Source: Oscillospiraceae bacterium
GTDB lineage: Bacteria > Bacillota > Clostridia > Oscillospirales > Feifaniaceae
DNA: 64,000 nucleotides
NCBI GenBank assembly: GCA_963662765.2
Contig: CAXXUP010000002.1
Span: 164,568 to 228,567 of the forward strand
Direction: 5' to 3'
The notes below the pieces were generated by a model, which was not told the origin of the DNA, searched no databases, and worked only from the letters and a program-made list of their open reading frames with translations. Below, piece after piece: positions 45,327-61,179 of the stretch (the first letter of the stretch is position 1; each line of letters opens with the position of its first letter). Both the position numbers and the translations under genes were made by a program.

Positions 45327-45959
45327 TCACCGGCGCTTAGGACCGCAGGGCCCATCGGTGTTTTCGCATGTATGTGACATAATGAACTCGATATACGCAT
45401 CGGCCTGCCTTTTTAGATACGGAGCGCTTGAAGTCAGTTCAAGTCTGCCTTCAACGCTGCGCTGTTTTTCGGCATATGGTATGGTCAGCCGAGGCAGGTT
45501 CATCACGTCCATATTCAAAAAGCTGATCAGCGTGACAAGGTGATCCTGTGCAACTGTGGTGCCTGACATGCCGGGGGTGATGCCGCTGACGGCAGCCGGT
45601 TTTCCGGAGAGCACAGGCGGCTCCCCGCCGCCCGGGAGCCTTGAGAGCCAATCGATGAGATTTTTCAGAACACCGGGAAAAAAGTGGTTGTATTCCGGCG
45701 AAAAAAACCAGATTCCATCCGCGGCCTTGACGATTTCACGCACACGCCGGACGGCTTCCGGGGCCGGAAACTCGATGTCCTCATTCATCAGGGGGACGTC
45801 GGCGTACTCGAGAAGTTCAACATCTGCCGCATCTCCGACCGCGCTTTTGGCTGCCAGTGCAAGCTGGCGGTTATAGGAGTCTTTTCGCAGGGAGCCGACA
45901 ATGGCGACAATCTTAAGTTTTTTCAAGTCGAACAGACCTCCATTTATGTTTGCATCCAT
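45327..45959 (-). CDS. NAD(P)H-dependent FMN reductase family oxidoreductase
   Basis: KIVAIVGSLRKDSYNR...FFSPEYNHFFPGVLKNLIDWLSR. Confidence 0.8.
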   Translation of the reverse strand: MDANINGGLFDLKKLKIVAIVGSLRKDSYNRQLALAAKSAVGDAADVELLEYADVPLMNEDIEFPAPEAVRRVREIVKAADGIWFFSPEYNHFFPGVLKNLIDWLSRLPGGGEPPVLSGKPAAVSGITPGMSGTTVAQDHLVTLISFLNMDVMNLPRLTIPYAEKQRSVEGRLELTSSAPYLKRQADAYIEFIMSHTCENTDGPCGPKRR

Positions 45960-45998
45960 ACGGGCTGCGCCGAAAACCGTTCGGTGCAGACAGACTTT

Positions 45999-46682
45999 CT
46001 ACTTGTCGAGATATTCTATGATCAGATGCGCCGCGTCACAAAACGGCTTGTTTTCGGACGCACCGCAGCGGCAGAGAACAACTCGATTTCTCGACTCGTA
46101 CTTCGTCCCGTCGGCCGATTCGATTGGAATAAAGCCCTTGACGAATATCCCGCCACTCACGCCTCTCTCCGGATCTTGAATGATGTCAATCGACGGTTCC
46201 AGTTCAGGCTCGTGTACTGTTCCGTCTTTGTCCACGGCAGTCAGTCGGCCGGCTGGACATTCGCTTGCAGCTCGTACGACCTGCTTGCGGGCCGCTTCGG
46301 GCCGGGAATCCCTTGTCAGCTCCCAGGCGTCTCCGTCCCGCGTGTGACAAAAGCGCGCCAACGCGCAGCGGCCGTCGTCAAGGAGGTCAATACCGGGCCC
46401 CTCTATGCGTACAGATCTCTTTGCGTATGTGTCCTTCGACGCCGTTTCACGCCCGCAAAAAACGCATCCTGTGTGTGAACCGTCACAAAAAGGAGCGTTT
46501 TTCGTTTTCCCGCAGCGACAAAGCGCGTAGTTTTCTGACTGCGGCAACGGACGTCCCTCAACAAATTCATATTCTTCGTCCCTTAGAACAATCACTTTTT
46601 CGAAAAGCGGCACACCACCCGATACGATGTAGGGGCCGTCTTTCATGATTTTTACCCTGTACCTGGCCTTTTCTTCGCTCAC
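45999..46682 (-). CDS. CDGSH-type iron-sulfur domain protein (two CDGSH motifs flanking a Cys-rich middle domain)
   Basis: CRCGKTKNAPFCDGSH and CRCGASENKPFCDAAH. Confidence 0.8.
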   Translation of the reverse strand: MSEEKARYRVKIMKDGPYIVSGGVPLFEKVIVLRDEEYEFVEGRPLPQSENYALCRCGKTKNAPFCDGSHTGCVFCGRETASKDTYAKRSVRIEGPGIDLLDDGRCALARFCHTRDGDAWELTRDSRPEAARKQVVRAASECPAGRLTAVDKDGTVHEPELEPSIDIIQDPERGVSGGIFVKGFIPIESADGTKYESRNRVVLCRCGASENKPFCDAAHLIIEYLDK

Positions 46683-46904
46683 AACAATCTCAACCCTTTG
46701 CTTTTTATCAGTTCGACCATATGATTCGTGCGGCAGAGCCGGGGCTCAATATGTATTATCCGGTTTTGAAGACAGCTGCTCCAGCCATTTAATGATGATT
46801 TATTATAACATAGCTGCGCGTAATTTGCACCGGTAATCGCGACCCCGACTGGGAAAATGATGTATCCGCATCCCAACACAGGCTTCCGATATGGGGGTAC
46901 GCTG

Positions 46905-46947
46905 CGAGAAACCCTGGGTTGAGATGATGTCAACCCAGGGTTTCTCG
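46905..46947. other. Perfect 18-bp hairpin downstream of the collagen-like gene
   Basis: CGAGAAACCCTGGGTTGA-GATGATG-TCAACCCAGGGTTTCTCG. There is no U-tract on either strand. Confidence 0.6.
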
Positions 46948-46975
46948 GGAAACAAGACGTTATTGACAGGGCAGC

Positions 46976-47713
46976 TTATTTGTTTTCATGAGAAATGATA
47001 AAGCCGGGATTAGCTGCGGAAGTTTTGAGTGCCAGACCGGTGGAGCCCGCGAAGGTCGGGAGAATTCCCGTGATATTGGTCACAGGGACGAAGGAGGGAT
47101 TGGTGCCCAGCATGTCGTCTGCAACAACGAGCATGCCGTATACGTTTTTGTAGACGACTCCGGCCAAATCGATCACCGTGCCAATATGGACCTCGACCGT
47201 TGTACCAAGCGGCAAATAGTCGTGAATTGCCGTGACGATATTTGTGTCAAAGCCTTGGGTGAAGACAGGCTTCGAAAGATAGTTAATTGCGAGATTGTAA
47301 GGGACTCCATTCAAAAACGTGATCGATGCAATTGACTGAAGCGGCATGGCACCGACTTCGCCGCCCTCATTTACAACAAAGAGACCACCGTAAGTGGCGT
47401 CGGGAGATGAGAAAAGCTCGACCGGAGTCCCCTCAAGTCCCGCAAAAGTAAAGCCGGTGGCGTATGCCCGCAGTACGGTCGTGGGGTAATAACGGATGAT
47501 CTGTGCGAGCACATGCGCAAGTTGCGCATAGGTATAGCTGACAGCCGTGTCGTTTAAGCTGCCCGGTCTTCCGGGAGGCCCGAAAGGTCCCGGTGGGCCG
47601 GGAGGGCCGGTATAGTAGTAGATCTGGGGATTGGAACCGTCAGGGTCATATGGGCTCCTAACATTTTTTGGAAACATGGAATGCTTGCCTCTTTTCATAT
47701 TGGGGTTCCACAT
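46976..47713 (-). CDS. Hypothetical protein with a short collagen-like tract (GPPGPPGPFGPPGRPG) and an unknown ~190-aa C-terminal domain
   Basis: 245-aa ORF. The likelier start is ATG 47677 (MFPKNV...) behind AGAGG. Confidence 0.65.
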   Translation of the reverse strand: MWNPNMKRGKHSMFPKNVRSPYDPDGSNPQIYYYTGPPGPPGPFGPPGRPGSLNDTAVSYTYAQLAHVLAQIIRYYPTTVLRAYATGFTFAGLEGTPVELFSSPDATYGGLFVVNEGGEVGAMPLQSIASITFLNGVPYNLAINYLSKPVFTQGFDTNIVTAIHDYLPLGTTVEVHIGTVIDLAGVVYKNVYGMLVVADDMLGTNPSFVPVTNITGILPTFAGSTGLALKTSAANPGFIISHENK

Positions 47714-48086
47714 CCATCATATGCTCATTTTCGCTTTGGGTTCGAAATGCAACTGACTCACAGATTTGTTGAATCTACAGGGCAGGGGAGCGGCGAGTTG
47801 CGAGTTGCGGGTTGAAACAATTTTTCTCGTGAATGATGGACCAATGTTAAACAAAGAGCTGCCCGAAACCGCGGTGGATTTAAACGGATAGGAGTGAAAT
47901 TGTCGACTCGCAACAAACACCGAGTTTCGCGCTGTGTTTTGCAAACACACAATGCCGCAAGATTGATATAATCAAAAGCAAAATTGATTATAATAATATT
48001 ATTATTAAAAAAATCAATTATCTTATTGACATTGTTAATATCGAGGTGTATATTATGGGTGTAAAAAAATTACGGATGGTGTGACA

Positions 48087-48488
48087 ATGAAATATAAGGC
48101 TCCGGGAAAATGCCCCGTATGCGGGGAGAGACTCACCATTACAAAACTGAGCTGCCCCAAGTGTACGACTTCGATTGAGGGAGATTTTCAGCCCTGCGAA
48201 TTTTGCCGTCTCCCTGAAGAAGAACTTGAATTTGTAAGGGTATTTATCAAATGCCGCGGCAATATCAAGGATGTCGAAAAAGAACTTGGAATTTCGTATC
48301 CGACCGTACGAGGGAAACTCGATGCGGTTATCAGGGCGCTCGGTTTTGAAGTGAACTCCAAAGAAGCGGCTGTTGAGGCAACTGCAGAGCGAGAGGCCAA
48401 AGACGCCGCAAGAAATCAAATTCTCGACAGACTCTCAAAAGGTGAAATAACGGCGAAAGAAGCAACGCTACAAATAAAAAATCTGTAA
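48087..48488 (+). CDS. DUF2089-family protein (zinc ribbon plus HTH)
   Basis: CPVCGERL.I..L.C..C...IEG.F..C.FC.L..E.LEFV..FI..RGNIK.VEKELGISYPTVR..LD is the DUF2089 pattern. GTG 48081 is an alternative start. Confidence 0.8.
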   Translation: MKYKAPGKCPVCGERLTITKLSCPKCTTSIEGDFQPCEFCRLPEEELEFVRVFIKCRGNIKDVEKELGISYPTVRGKLDAVIRALGFEVNSKEAAVEATAEREAKDAARNQILDRLSKGEITAKEATLQIKNL

Positions 48489-48504
48489 TGTGAGGTATGA
48501 AAAG

Positions 48505-48951
48505 ATGAACGAACAAATGAAAATTCTTGAAATGGTAGAAAAAGGGCAAATTACTGCGGCTGAGGCCATGGAGCTGATGGAGTCTCTGAAAGCAACCGAT
48601 GGCGCAGCGGCAGAGGAGACCGTGGCGGCCGTATCCCCTGTGACGAGGCGCAGCTACAAGTTCCTTAAAATCAGAGTGACTTCCGACAACAAATCGGTGA
48701 ACGTCAGTGTCAACATTCCGATTCGGCTGCTCACGACGATCGGGGGGATCGCGGGCAAGGTGAAGAACTATATTCCCGAGGACGCAAGGACACAGATGGA
48801 GGCAAAGGGTGTCGATATCACCAGCATCGATTTTGGAAAAATCATTGAAGATGTGCTGAGCGGTACGCTGGACGACCCCAATATCGTCGACGTGGAAGCT
48901 TGGGATGAAGAAAATAATGCGATGATCAAAGTAAAGATATATGTGGAATAG
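48505..48951 (+). CDS. SHOCT-like domain protein (N-terminal KILEMVEKGQITAAEAMELM helix pair)
   Basis: Commonly found next to DUF2089 genes. ATG 48505 sits behind GAGGT; GTG 48490 is an alternative start. Confidence 0.65.
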   Translation: MNEQMKILEMVEKGQITAAEAMELMESLKATDGAAAEETVAAVSPVTRRSYKFLKIRVTSDNKSVNVSVNIPIRLLTTIGGIAGKVKNYIPEDARTQMEAKGVDITSIDFGKIIEDVLSGTLDDPNIVDVEAWDEENNAMIKVKIYVE

Positions 48952-49279
48952 GCGAGCTCGAATCATTTGGTTAGTGCTTGACACAGAGGATGGGGCGAGG
49001 TTTCATCTTAAATACCCTATTTTCTGCAACGTTTTTCGAGAGCTCCTGGACAGTATTTATGACCTCACAGTGCTGCTTTGCCTTTTTTCACCGGAGAAGC
49101 AGAGGTGTGCATCGCCCTTTTCAGTTCATACAATAAACGAGCTCACGGTGCAGCTCATGGAGCTCATCAGGTCAATCACTGAAAACGATCCATACGATTT
49201 AATAAATGTCAGTACAGACCATGTGAAGCTTCAGCTTTCGGTGAAGAATAATCATACACGCAAGGTAGCGGCGCTATGA
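48941..49279 (+). CDS. Hypothetical protein (start uncertain)
   Basis: 112-aa ORF filling the gap between operon neighbours. It overlaps both neighbours by a few nt. Confidence 0.4.
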   Translation: MWNRRARIIWLVLDTEDGARFHLKYPIFCNVFRELLDSIYDLTVLLCLFSPEKQRCASPFSVHTINELTVQLMELIRSITENDPYDLINVSTDHVKLQLSVKNNHTRKVAAL

Positions 49280-49626
49280 TAAGACTGTTTCTGAAATACT
49301 GTTCAATTATTATTTCCATTCTGATTGTCTCTACAGCGCTTGCTGGCGTATATGTCAGAGACGCATCAGCACTGCTCATCATGGGGCTTGTCCTTTTGAT
49401 CGTCAATCTGGTGTTAAAACCGATTTTTCTTATTATCGCATTGCCGCTCAATATTCTGACACTTGGTTTGTTCAGCGTTATTATCAATGTGCTGACCATA
49501 AAAATTGCGGACGGCTTTGTGCCCGGAGTTCATATTGGCGGGTTTCTGAATGCCCTTGCGGTCGCACTGCTCATTGTCGCATTTAACAGTCTGCTGCTCG
49601 ACACAAGAAAATCCGCTCATCCTTAA
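49276..49626 (+). CDS. Phage-holin-IV/DUF360 (YvlD-like) membrane protein
   Basis: 116 aa, 4 TM; ...LVLLIVNLVLKPIFLIIALPLNILTLGLFSVIINVLTIKIADGFVPG... is typical of the family. Confidence 0.8.
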   Translation: MIRLFLKYCSIIISILIVSTALAGVYVRDASALLIMGLVLLIVNLVLKPIFLIIALPLNILTLGLFSVIINVLTIKIADGFVPGVHIGGFLNALAVALLIVAFNSLLLDTRKSAHP

Positions 49627-49981
49627 GCAGCGGTCAGCTGACCGCTCACAACATAAGCCCTATTCTTCATCAATTTCTTGGGACCGGAGACTTTTGTCTG
49701 CGGTCCTTTGCTGTCTAAGGCACAGTCGCGGGCACAGAGCAAGTCCGGTCACGCTAAGGGTGTGCGGCGGGAGGTAACTCTCAATAATTCGATCACGACA
49801 TCAGTTTGATCTGCACGAACCGATATTGGCAGTTGTCCGATTACTTCGAGTGCGTTTACACGATTTCGCAGGCCCCAATGTATGAAATCCTCAGGTCGGG
49901 GTGCCAAACAGGGGGATTTTCGCTAAATGCCCGCATTCACTTTGTCGCTCGTATGTCGCTGAGATAACCAGGCTCCTTTTT

Positions 49982-50017
49982 AAAAGAAGTCGATTGCAAA
50001 CGCAATCGACTTCTTTT
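49982..50017. terminator. Bidirectional hairpin terminator in an ORF-poor gap
   Basis: AAAAGAAGTCGATTGC-AAAC-GCAATCGACTTCTTTT. Confidence 0.65.
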
Positions 50018-50255
50018 GGAGTGACTCATGTCCAGGTGAAATCGTTGGGCTTTTACAGTCGGAGTCAAATCACAAAAAGCTGTGCCCCTAGTCATGCTCC
50101 GATGAAATCCTGCAAGCGGTTATGCCAAGCGCGCAAGGATTCTTCTTGTTGATTTATGCTCACAAGAATGGTATCATTTATTAACCACAACGCACACAAC
50201 GCACACGTGCCTTATTGGCTGTCGTAAATATCTGCTGGGAGGGCTTTTTACCACC

Positions 50256-50867
50256 GTGAAAAAACAACATGTGGGTCGAAAACTATTTTCCGTGAGCGAA
50301 ACATACGGGATCGTGTACCGGGCGGTTCGCACGATGCCGGCATTTGCGACGGCACAAAGAAACGGTGTGCTGCAGGAGGACTTTGCAGAGCGTCTGATGC
50401 TTGCGGTGACAGAAGTCAACAAGTGCGCAATGTGTTCGTATGCCCACACGAAAATGGCACTGTCGACTGGGATGAGCATAGAAGAAATAAACGCCATGCT
50501 TTCAGGTGATTTCTCCGATATCGAGCCGGCTGAAATGCCGGCTATCCTCTTTGCGCAGCACTATGCGGACGCGCGCGGCAAACCTTCAAAAGAAGCCTGG
50601 GATTCTGTTGTCAAGCAATACGGTTACGAGAAAAGCATTGCCATACTGGGAGCCATACGGGTAATCATGTTTGGCAATGCTTACGGTATTCCGCTTGGGA
50701 GTTTAAAAGCGCGTTTATTAAAAAAGCCTGATAAAGCCCCGGATTCGCGCAGCAGCACGCTGTATGAGCTTACAATGCTTGGAACAGTCATCATTTTTAT
50801 TCCCAGCGCAATCATACATGCTTTGGCTGCCGTCGTTTTGCGTTTTCCGATCATTGATTTTGAATGA
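50256..50867 (+). CDS. Carboxymuconolactone decarboxylase/AhpD-like family protein with a C-terminal TM segment
   Basis: GTG start; ...LAVTEVNKCAMCSYAHT (CxxC in the AhpD-like fold), ...FAQHYAD. Confidence 0.75.
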   Translation: MKKQHVGRKLFSVSETYGIVYRAVRTMPAFATAQRNGVLQEDFAERLMLAVTEVNKCAMCSYAHTKMALSTGMSIEEINAMLSGDFSDIEPAEMPAILFAQHYADARGKPSKEAWDSVVKQYGYEKSIAILGAIRVIMFGNAYGIPLGSLKARLLKKPDKAPDSRSSTLYELTMLGTVIIFIPSAIIHALAAVVLRFPIIDFE

Positions 50868-50994
50868 CAGGCCACGCGAGCTTGTCGGGAAGCCTTAATT
50901 GGAATTAGCGGCGCGGCACTTATAACGCGATCTATTTTAGCACCCATTTACTCACAGTTCAATTTCGAACATCCAAACAGGAAACCGCGAAAAC

Positions 50995-51028
50995 AAAAAG
51001 TCCGTCGGCGTTAGCCGACGGACTTTTT
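50995..51028 (-). terminator. Terminator after tRNA-Pro (symmetric, usable in both directions)
   Basis: AAAAAGTCCGTCGGC-GTTA-GCCGACGGACTTTTT. Confidence 0.8.
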
Positions 51029-51029
51029 A

Positions 51030-51106
51030 TGGTCGGAGTGGCGAGACTTGAACTCGCGGCCTCTTGGTCCCGAACCAAGCGCGCTACCAAACTGCGCTAC
51101 ACCCCG
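51030..51106 (-). tRNA. tRNA-Pro (anticodon CGG)
   Basis: The reverse complement reads CGGGGTGTAGCGCAGTTTGGTAGCGCGCTTGGTTCGGGACCAAGAGGCCGCGAGTTCAAGTCTCGCCACTCCGACCA. Anticodon arm CTTGG-TTCGGGA-CCAAG; CCA is encoded. Confidence 0.9.
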
Positions 51107-51121
51107 ATCTGCAGCCCTATT

Positions 51122-51150
51122 ATTATACTGAATACACAGGGGTCTGTCAA
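51122..51150 (-). promoter_or_regulatory. Consensus sigma-70 promoter for tRNA-Pro
   Basis: The minus strand reads TTGACA-N17-TATAAT. Confidence 0.7.
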
Positions 51151-51418
51151 TAGCGGATTGCCAAAATGAAGGCCGATATAATCTGCAACGACCGGTGCTG
51201 CGTTATATTTGTATTTTAGAAGTCTGGAGACGTTTTAGCTGATTTTAAGCAAATTAATTATGAATATGAGGTTACATCTCTTGTAATTGTCTGGACATAT
51301 GTGGTAAAATACAAAACCAGGGGCGAGCCGCTGATTTTTATTCGGCTGCACTGTAAAACGGTGCGCGTTTTTTTATCTGTGCTTTGCGATGAAGGGCGCT
51401 GCGGAAAGAGAGTGACAT

Positions 51419-51820
51419 ATGAGGATAACGCTTGAGGCGGACTATGCGGTGCGCATAGTGTATTATCTTGCCACCACGAAAGCAAAAAGCGACGCAGGCG
51501 CAATCGCGGACCAGGTTGGAGTGACGATGCGCTTCACGCTCAAAATCCTTGGAAAGTTATCCAGGGCCGGTATCGTGCGCTCTTTCAAAGGCGCCGCCGG
51601 CGGTTATGTTTTGAGCAAAAGCCCAGAGGAAATCTCTCTGCTCGATATCATCACGATTGTCGACGGCCCCATTGCCATCAACAAGTGCCTGTGGCCGACC
51701 GCCGGGTGCACACGGGTGGCCGACAAGGAGAAGTGTCCGTTCCACATAGAATTTCAGCGCGTGAGCGACATCATCGCGAAGGAACTTGACAGCGTGAAAA
51801 TGTCTAAGTTTTTGCCCTGA
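51419..51820 (+). CDS. Rrf2-family transcriptional regulator
   Basis: MRITLEADYAVRIVYYLA...GIVRSFKGAAGGYVLSK...ISLLDII..VDG. A C-terminal Cys trio (C...C.....C) is present. Confidence 0.85.
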   Translation: MRITLEADYAVRIVYYLATTKAKSDAGAIADQVGVTMRFTLKILGKLSRAGIVRSFKGAAGGYVLSKSPEEISLLDIITIVDGPIAINKCLWPTAGCTRVADKEKCPFHIEFQRVSDIIAKELDSVKMSKFLP

Positions 51821-51833
51821 CTGTCTGCATATG

Positions 51834-51867
51834 AAAGCGCTGTGCCGGTAAGGTGCAGCGCTTTTTT
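51834..51867 (+). terminator. Terminator after the Rrf2 gene
   Basis: AAAGCGCTG-loop-CAGCGCTTT followed by TTT. Confidence 0.7.
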
Positions 51868-51918
51868 GTATTCAAAATGTATAGTCTGCATACTGGAATT
51901 ATTGTTTCCAAAAAGTGC

Positions 51919-51947
51919 TTGACTGCGGATGAATTTGGTGGTATTAT
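51919..51947 (+). promoter_or_regulatory. Candidate rpoBC promoter with a ~330-nt leader
   Basis: TTGACT-N17-TATTAT. Confidence 0.5.
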
Positions 51948-52278
51948 ATCAAACTGCACACAATGGAGAGGTATGGGATATTGTGTAAAAACCCAACAGT
52001 CAATCGTCAAAACAGATGAATTTGTCGTTCAAAATTTTGATAAAATGACTGTTTGTTCCTATTTTCCCCATTTTGTATAAACATTTCCGCTCATTCATCG
52101 TTAATTTAATAGGGGCCCTTACCGTGGAAACGGGGTAGGGTGTACACATTTTTTAGCAGATTTTCATGATCACGCCTCTGTTATTCCTTATATGAGAATA
52201 CCGGACAGATAACGGAGCGTGGGGGATGACGGCGGAGGCCCTGCATAAGTATCCGCCAAATATTGTATACGGAGTGAT

Positions 52279-56010
<3,732 letters not shown>

Positions 56011-56027
56011 GTGGAGGAGGAGTAACT

Positions 56028-59573
<3,546 letters not shown>

Positions 59574-59585
59574 CCCGCAAATATC

Positions 59586-59614
59586 TTGACATTTATACAC
59601 CGGTACTATATAAT
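59586..59614 (+). promoter_or_regulatory. Consensus sigma-70 promoter ahead of the L7Ae-rpsL-rpsG-fusA-tuf cluster
   Basis: TTGACA-N17-TATAAT, 12 nt after the rpoC stop. Confidence 0.7.
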
Positions 59615-59650
59615 AAATTGGTCTGCAAAATTGAGAGGAGTCGATGAGGA

Positions 59651-59893
59651 ATGATTGAATTCGGAGACCACCCTAAGGTTGTCGGGCTCAAACAGACCCG
59701 CAAGGCGGTCAAGGAAGGACGGGCGGGGCTCGTCTACATCGCCGAAGATGCCGACCCCGCGGTGACGGTTCCGCTCGAGGAACTCTGCCGCCAGATGGGG
59801 GTAAGAGTCGAGCGGGTCCCGTCAATGGCAAAGCTTGGCGCCGTCTGCAACATTGAGGTAGGCGCCGCAACAGTTGCTGTTTTAAACCGGTGA
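59651..59893 (+). CDS. Ribosomal L7Ae-family protein (YbxF/RplGB-like)
   Basis: 80 aa; ...GLKQTRKAVKEGRAGLVYIAEDADP...S...LG. Lies between rpoC and rpsL, as in Bacillus. Confidence 0.85.
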   Translation: MIEFGDHPKVVGLKQTRKAVKEGRAGLVYIAEDADPAVTVPLEELCRQMGVRVERVPSMAKLGAVCNIEVGAATVAVLNR

Positions 59894-59935
59894 CGGTTTG
59901 AAATAATTTTTGAGGAAAGGAGGAACCTACGAAAA

Positions 59936-60364
59936 ATGACATTTAACCAACTCGTTAAGCAAGGCAGAGAGACCTCTGTCTACAAGTCCAAGGCCCCGGC
60001 GCTTCAAAAGGGTTTCAACACCCTGAAGAAGCAGCAGACCGATCAGTCGGCTCCGCAAAAGCGTGGCGTCTGTACCTCGGTCAAGACGATGACTCCCAAG
60101 AAGCCGAATTCCGCGCTGCGAAAAATCGCCCGCGTGAGGCTGTCAAACGGTGCCGAAGTCTCTGCGTACATCCCCGGTGTCGGACACAACCTTCAAGAGC
60201 ATAACGTGGTGCTCATCAGAGGCGGCAGAGTCAAGGATCTCCCAGGCGTTCGCTATCACATCATCCGCGGAACGCTGGATACCCAGGGCGTGCAGACACG
60301 CCGTCAGGGCAGATCCAAATACGGCACAAAGAGGCCGAAGAAAACTGCGAAAGCAGCGAAGTAA
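59936..60364 (+). CDS. rpsL: 30S ribosomal protein S12
   Basis: ...[66 protein letters not shown]. Confidence 0.98.
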   Translation: MTFNQLVKQGRETSVYKSKAPALQKGFNTLKKQQTDQSAPQKRGVCTSVKTMTPKKPNSALRKIARVRLSNGAEVSAYIPGVGHNLQEHNVVLIRGGRVKDLPGVRYHIIRGTLDTQGVQTRRQGRSKYGTKRPKKTAKAAK

Positions 60365-60670
60365 GACTGCCGCCCACTCGAATGAATTGACTTAGAGAAG
60401 CACCCGCAGAGCGTTTATATATAGGACCGCTTACGAAACACGTACGCGGCGGTATAGCCGGTTCGTTTTTCGCCTGTCTGCGCCAGAAGAACATGCCCAT
60501 ACACATCGTATGGTTCGCAATCTTCTTCCCTGACATTCGAAAAAACCCTTCGACCAACCGCTTGTATCCGAATTTCGCGAAGTAATCCAATGAACGTCTT
60601 TTGCGTGCCAACGGGAGTATTTCACTTTCGAGTACCTATGAGTTCAACTTATGTGAAGGAGGGAAGAAAA
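60365..60670 (+). other. Unusually long (306-nt) rpsL-rpsG intercistronic region; candidate structured leader
   Basis: No plausible ORF: the 60590 ORF-track start only extends rpsG upstream, and the minus-strand ORFs have no support. Confidence 0.3.
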
Positions 60671-61141
60671 GTGCCCAGAAGAGGTTCCGTACCCGTAAGA
60701 GACGTGCTGCCAGATCCGCTGTATGGCAGTAAGATGGTCACACGCCTCATCAACAACATCATGTATGACGGGAAGAAGGGCGTAGCCCAGAAAATCGTCT
60801 ACGACGCATTTGACATCATCAAGGAGAAGACCGGCAAAGACCCGCTCGAAGTTTTCGAGCAGGCGCTGGAGAACATCATGCCGGTTTTAGAGGTCAAGGC
60901 CCGCCGTGTTGGCGGCGCCACCTATCAGGTTCCGATGGAGGTCCGCCCGGAGCGCCGCCGCACACTCGGTCTGCGCTGGCTGACGAGCTACTCGAGAGCC
61001 CGCAGTGAGAGGCTCATGTCCGAGCGGCTTGCCGGCGAACTGATGGATGCCGTAAACAATGCCGGCGGTGCCGTCAAGAAAAAGGACGACACGCACCGTA
61101 TGGCAGAGTCCAACAGGGCCTTTGCCCATTACCGCTTCTAA
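60671..61141 (+). CDS. rpsG: 30S ribosomal protein S7
   Basis: GTG 60671 sits behind GAAGGAGGGA. (M)[32 protein letters not shown]. Confidence 0.96.
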   Translation: MPRRGSVPVRDVLPDPLYGSKMVTRLINNIMYDGKKGVAQKIVYDAFDIIKEKTGKDPLEVFEQALENIMPVLEVKARRVGGATYQVPMEVRPERRRTLGLRWLTSYSRARSERLMSERLAGELMDAVNNAGGAVKKKDDTHRMAESNRAFAHYRF

Positions 61142-61179
61142 GCTTTCGGTCGAATTCGTCATAAGAACAGGAGAAAAGA

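Noticed and set aside
51853-52080. 75-aa ORF in the AT-rich stretch upstream of rpoB.
   Set aside because: It has no RBS and low-complexity composition, and it contains the candidate rpoB promoter. It is more likely non-coding leader sequence.
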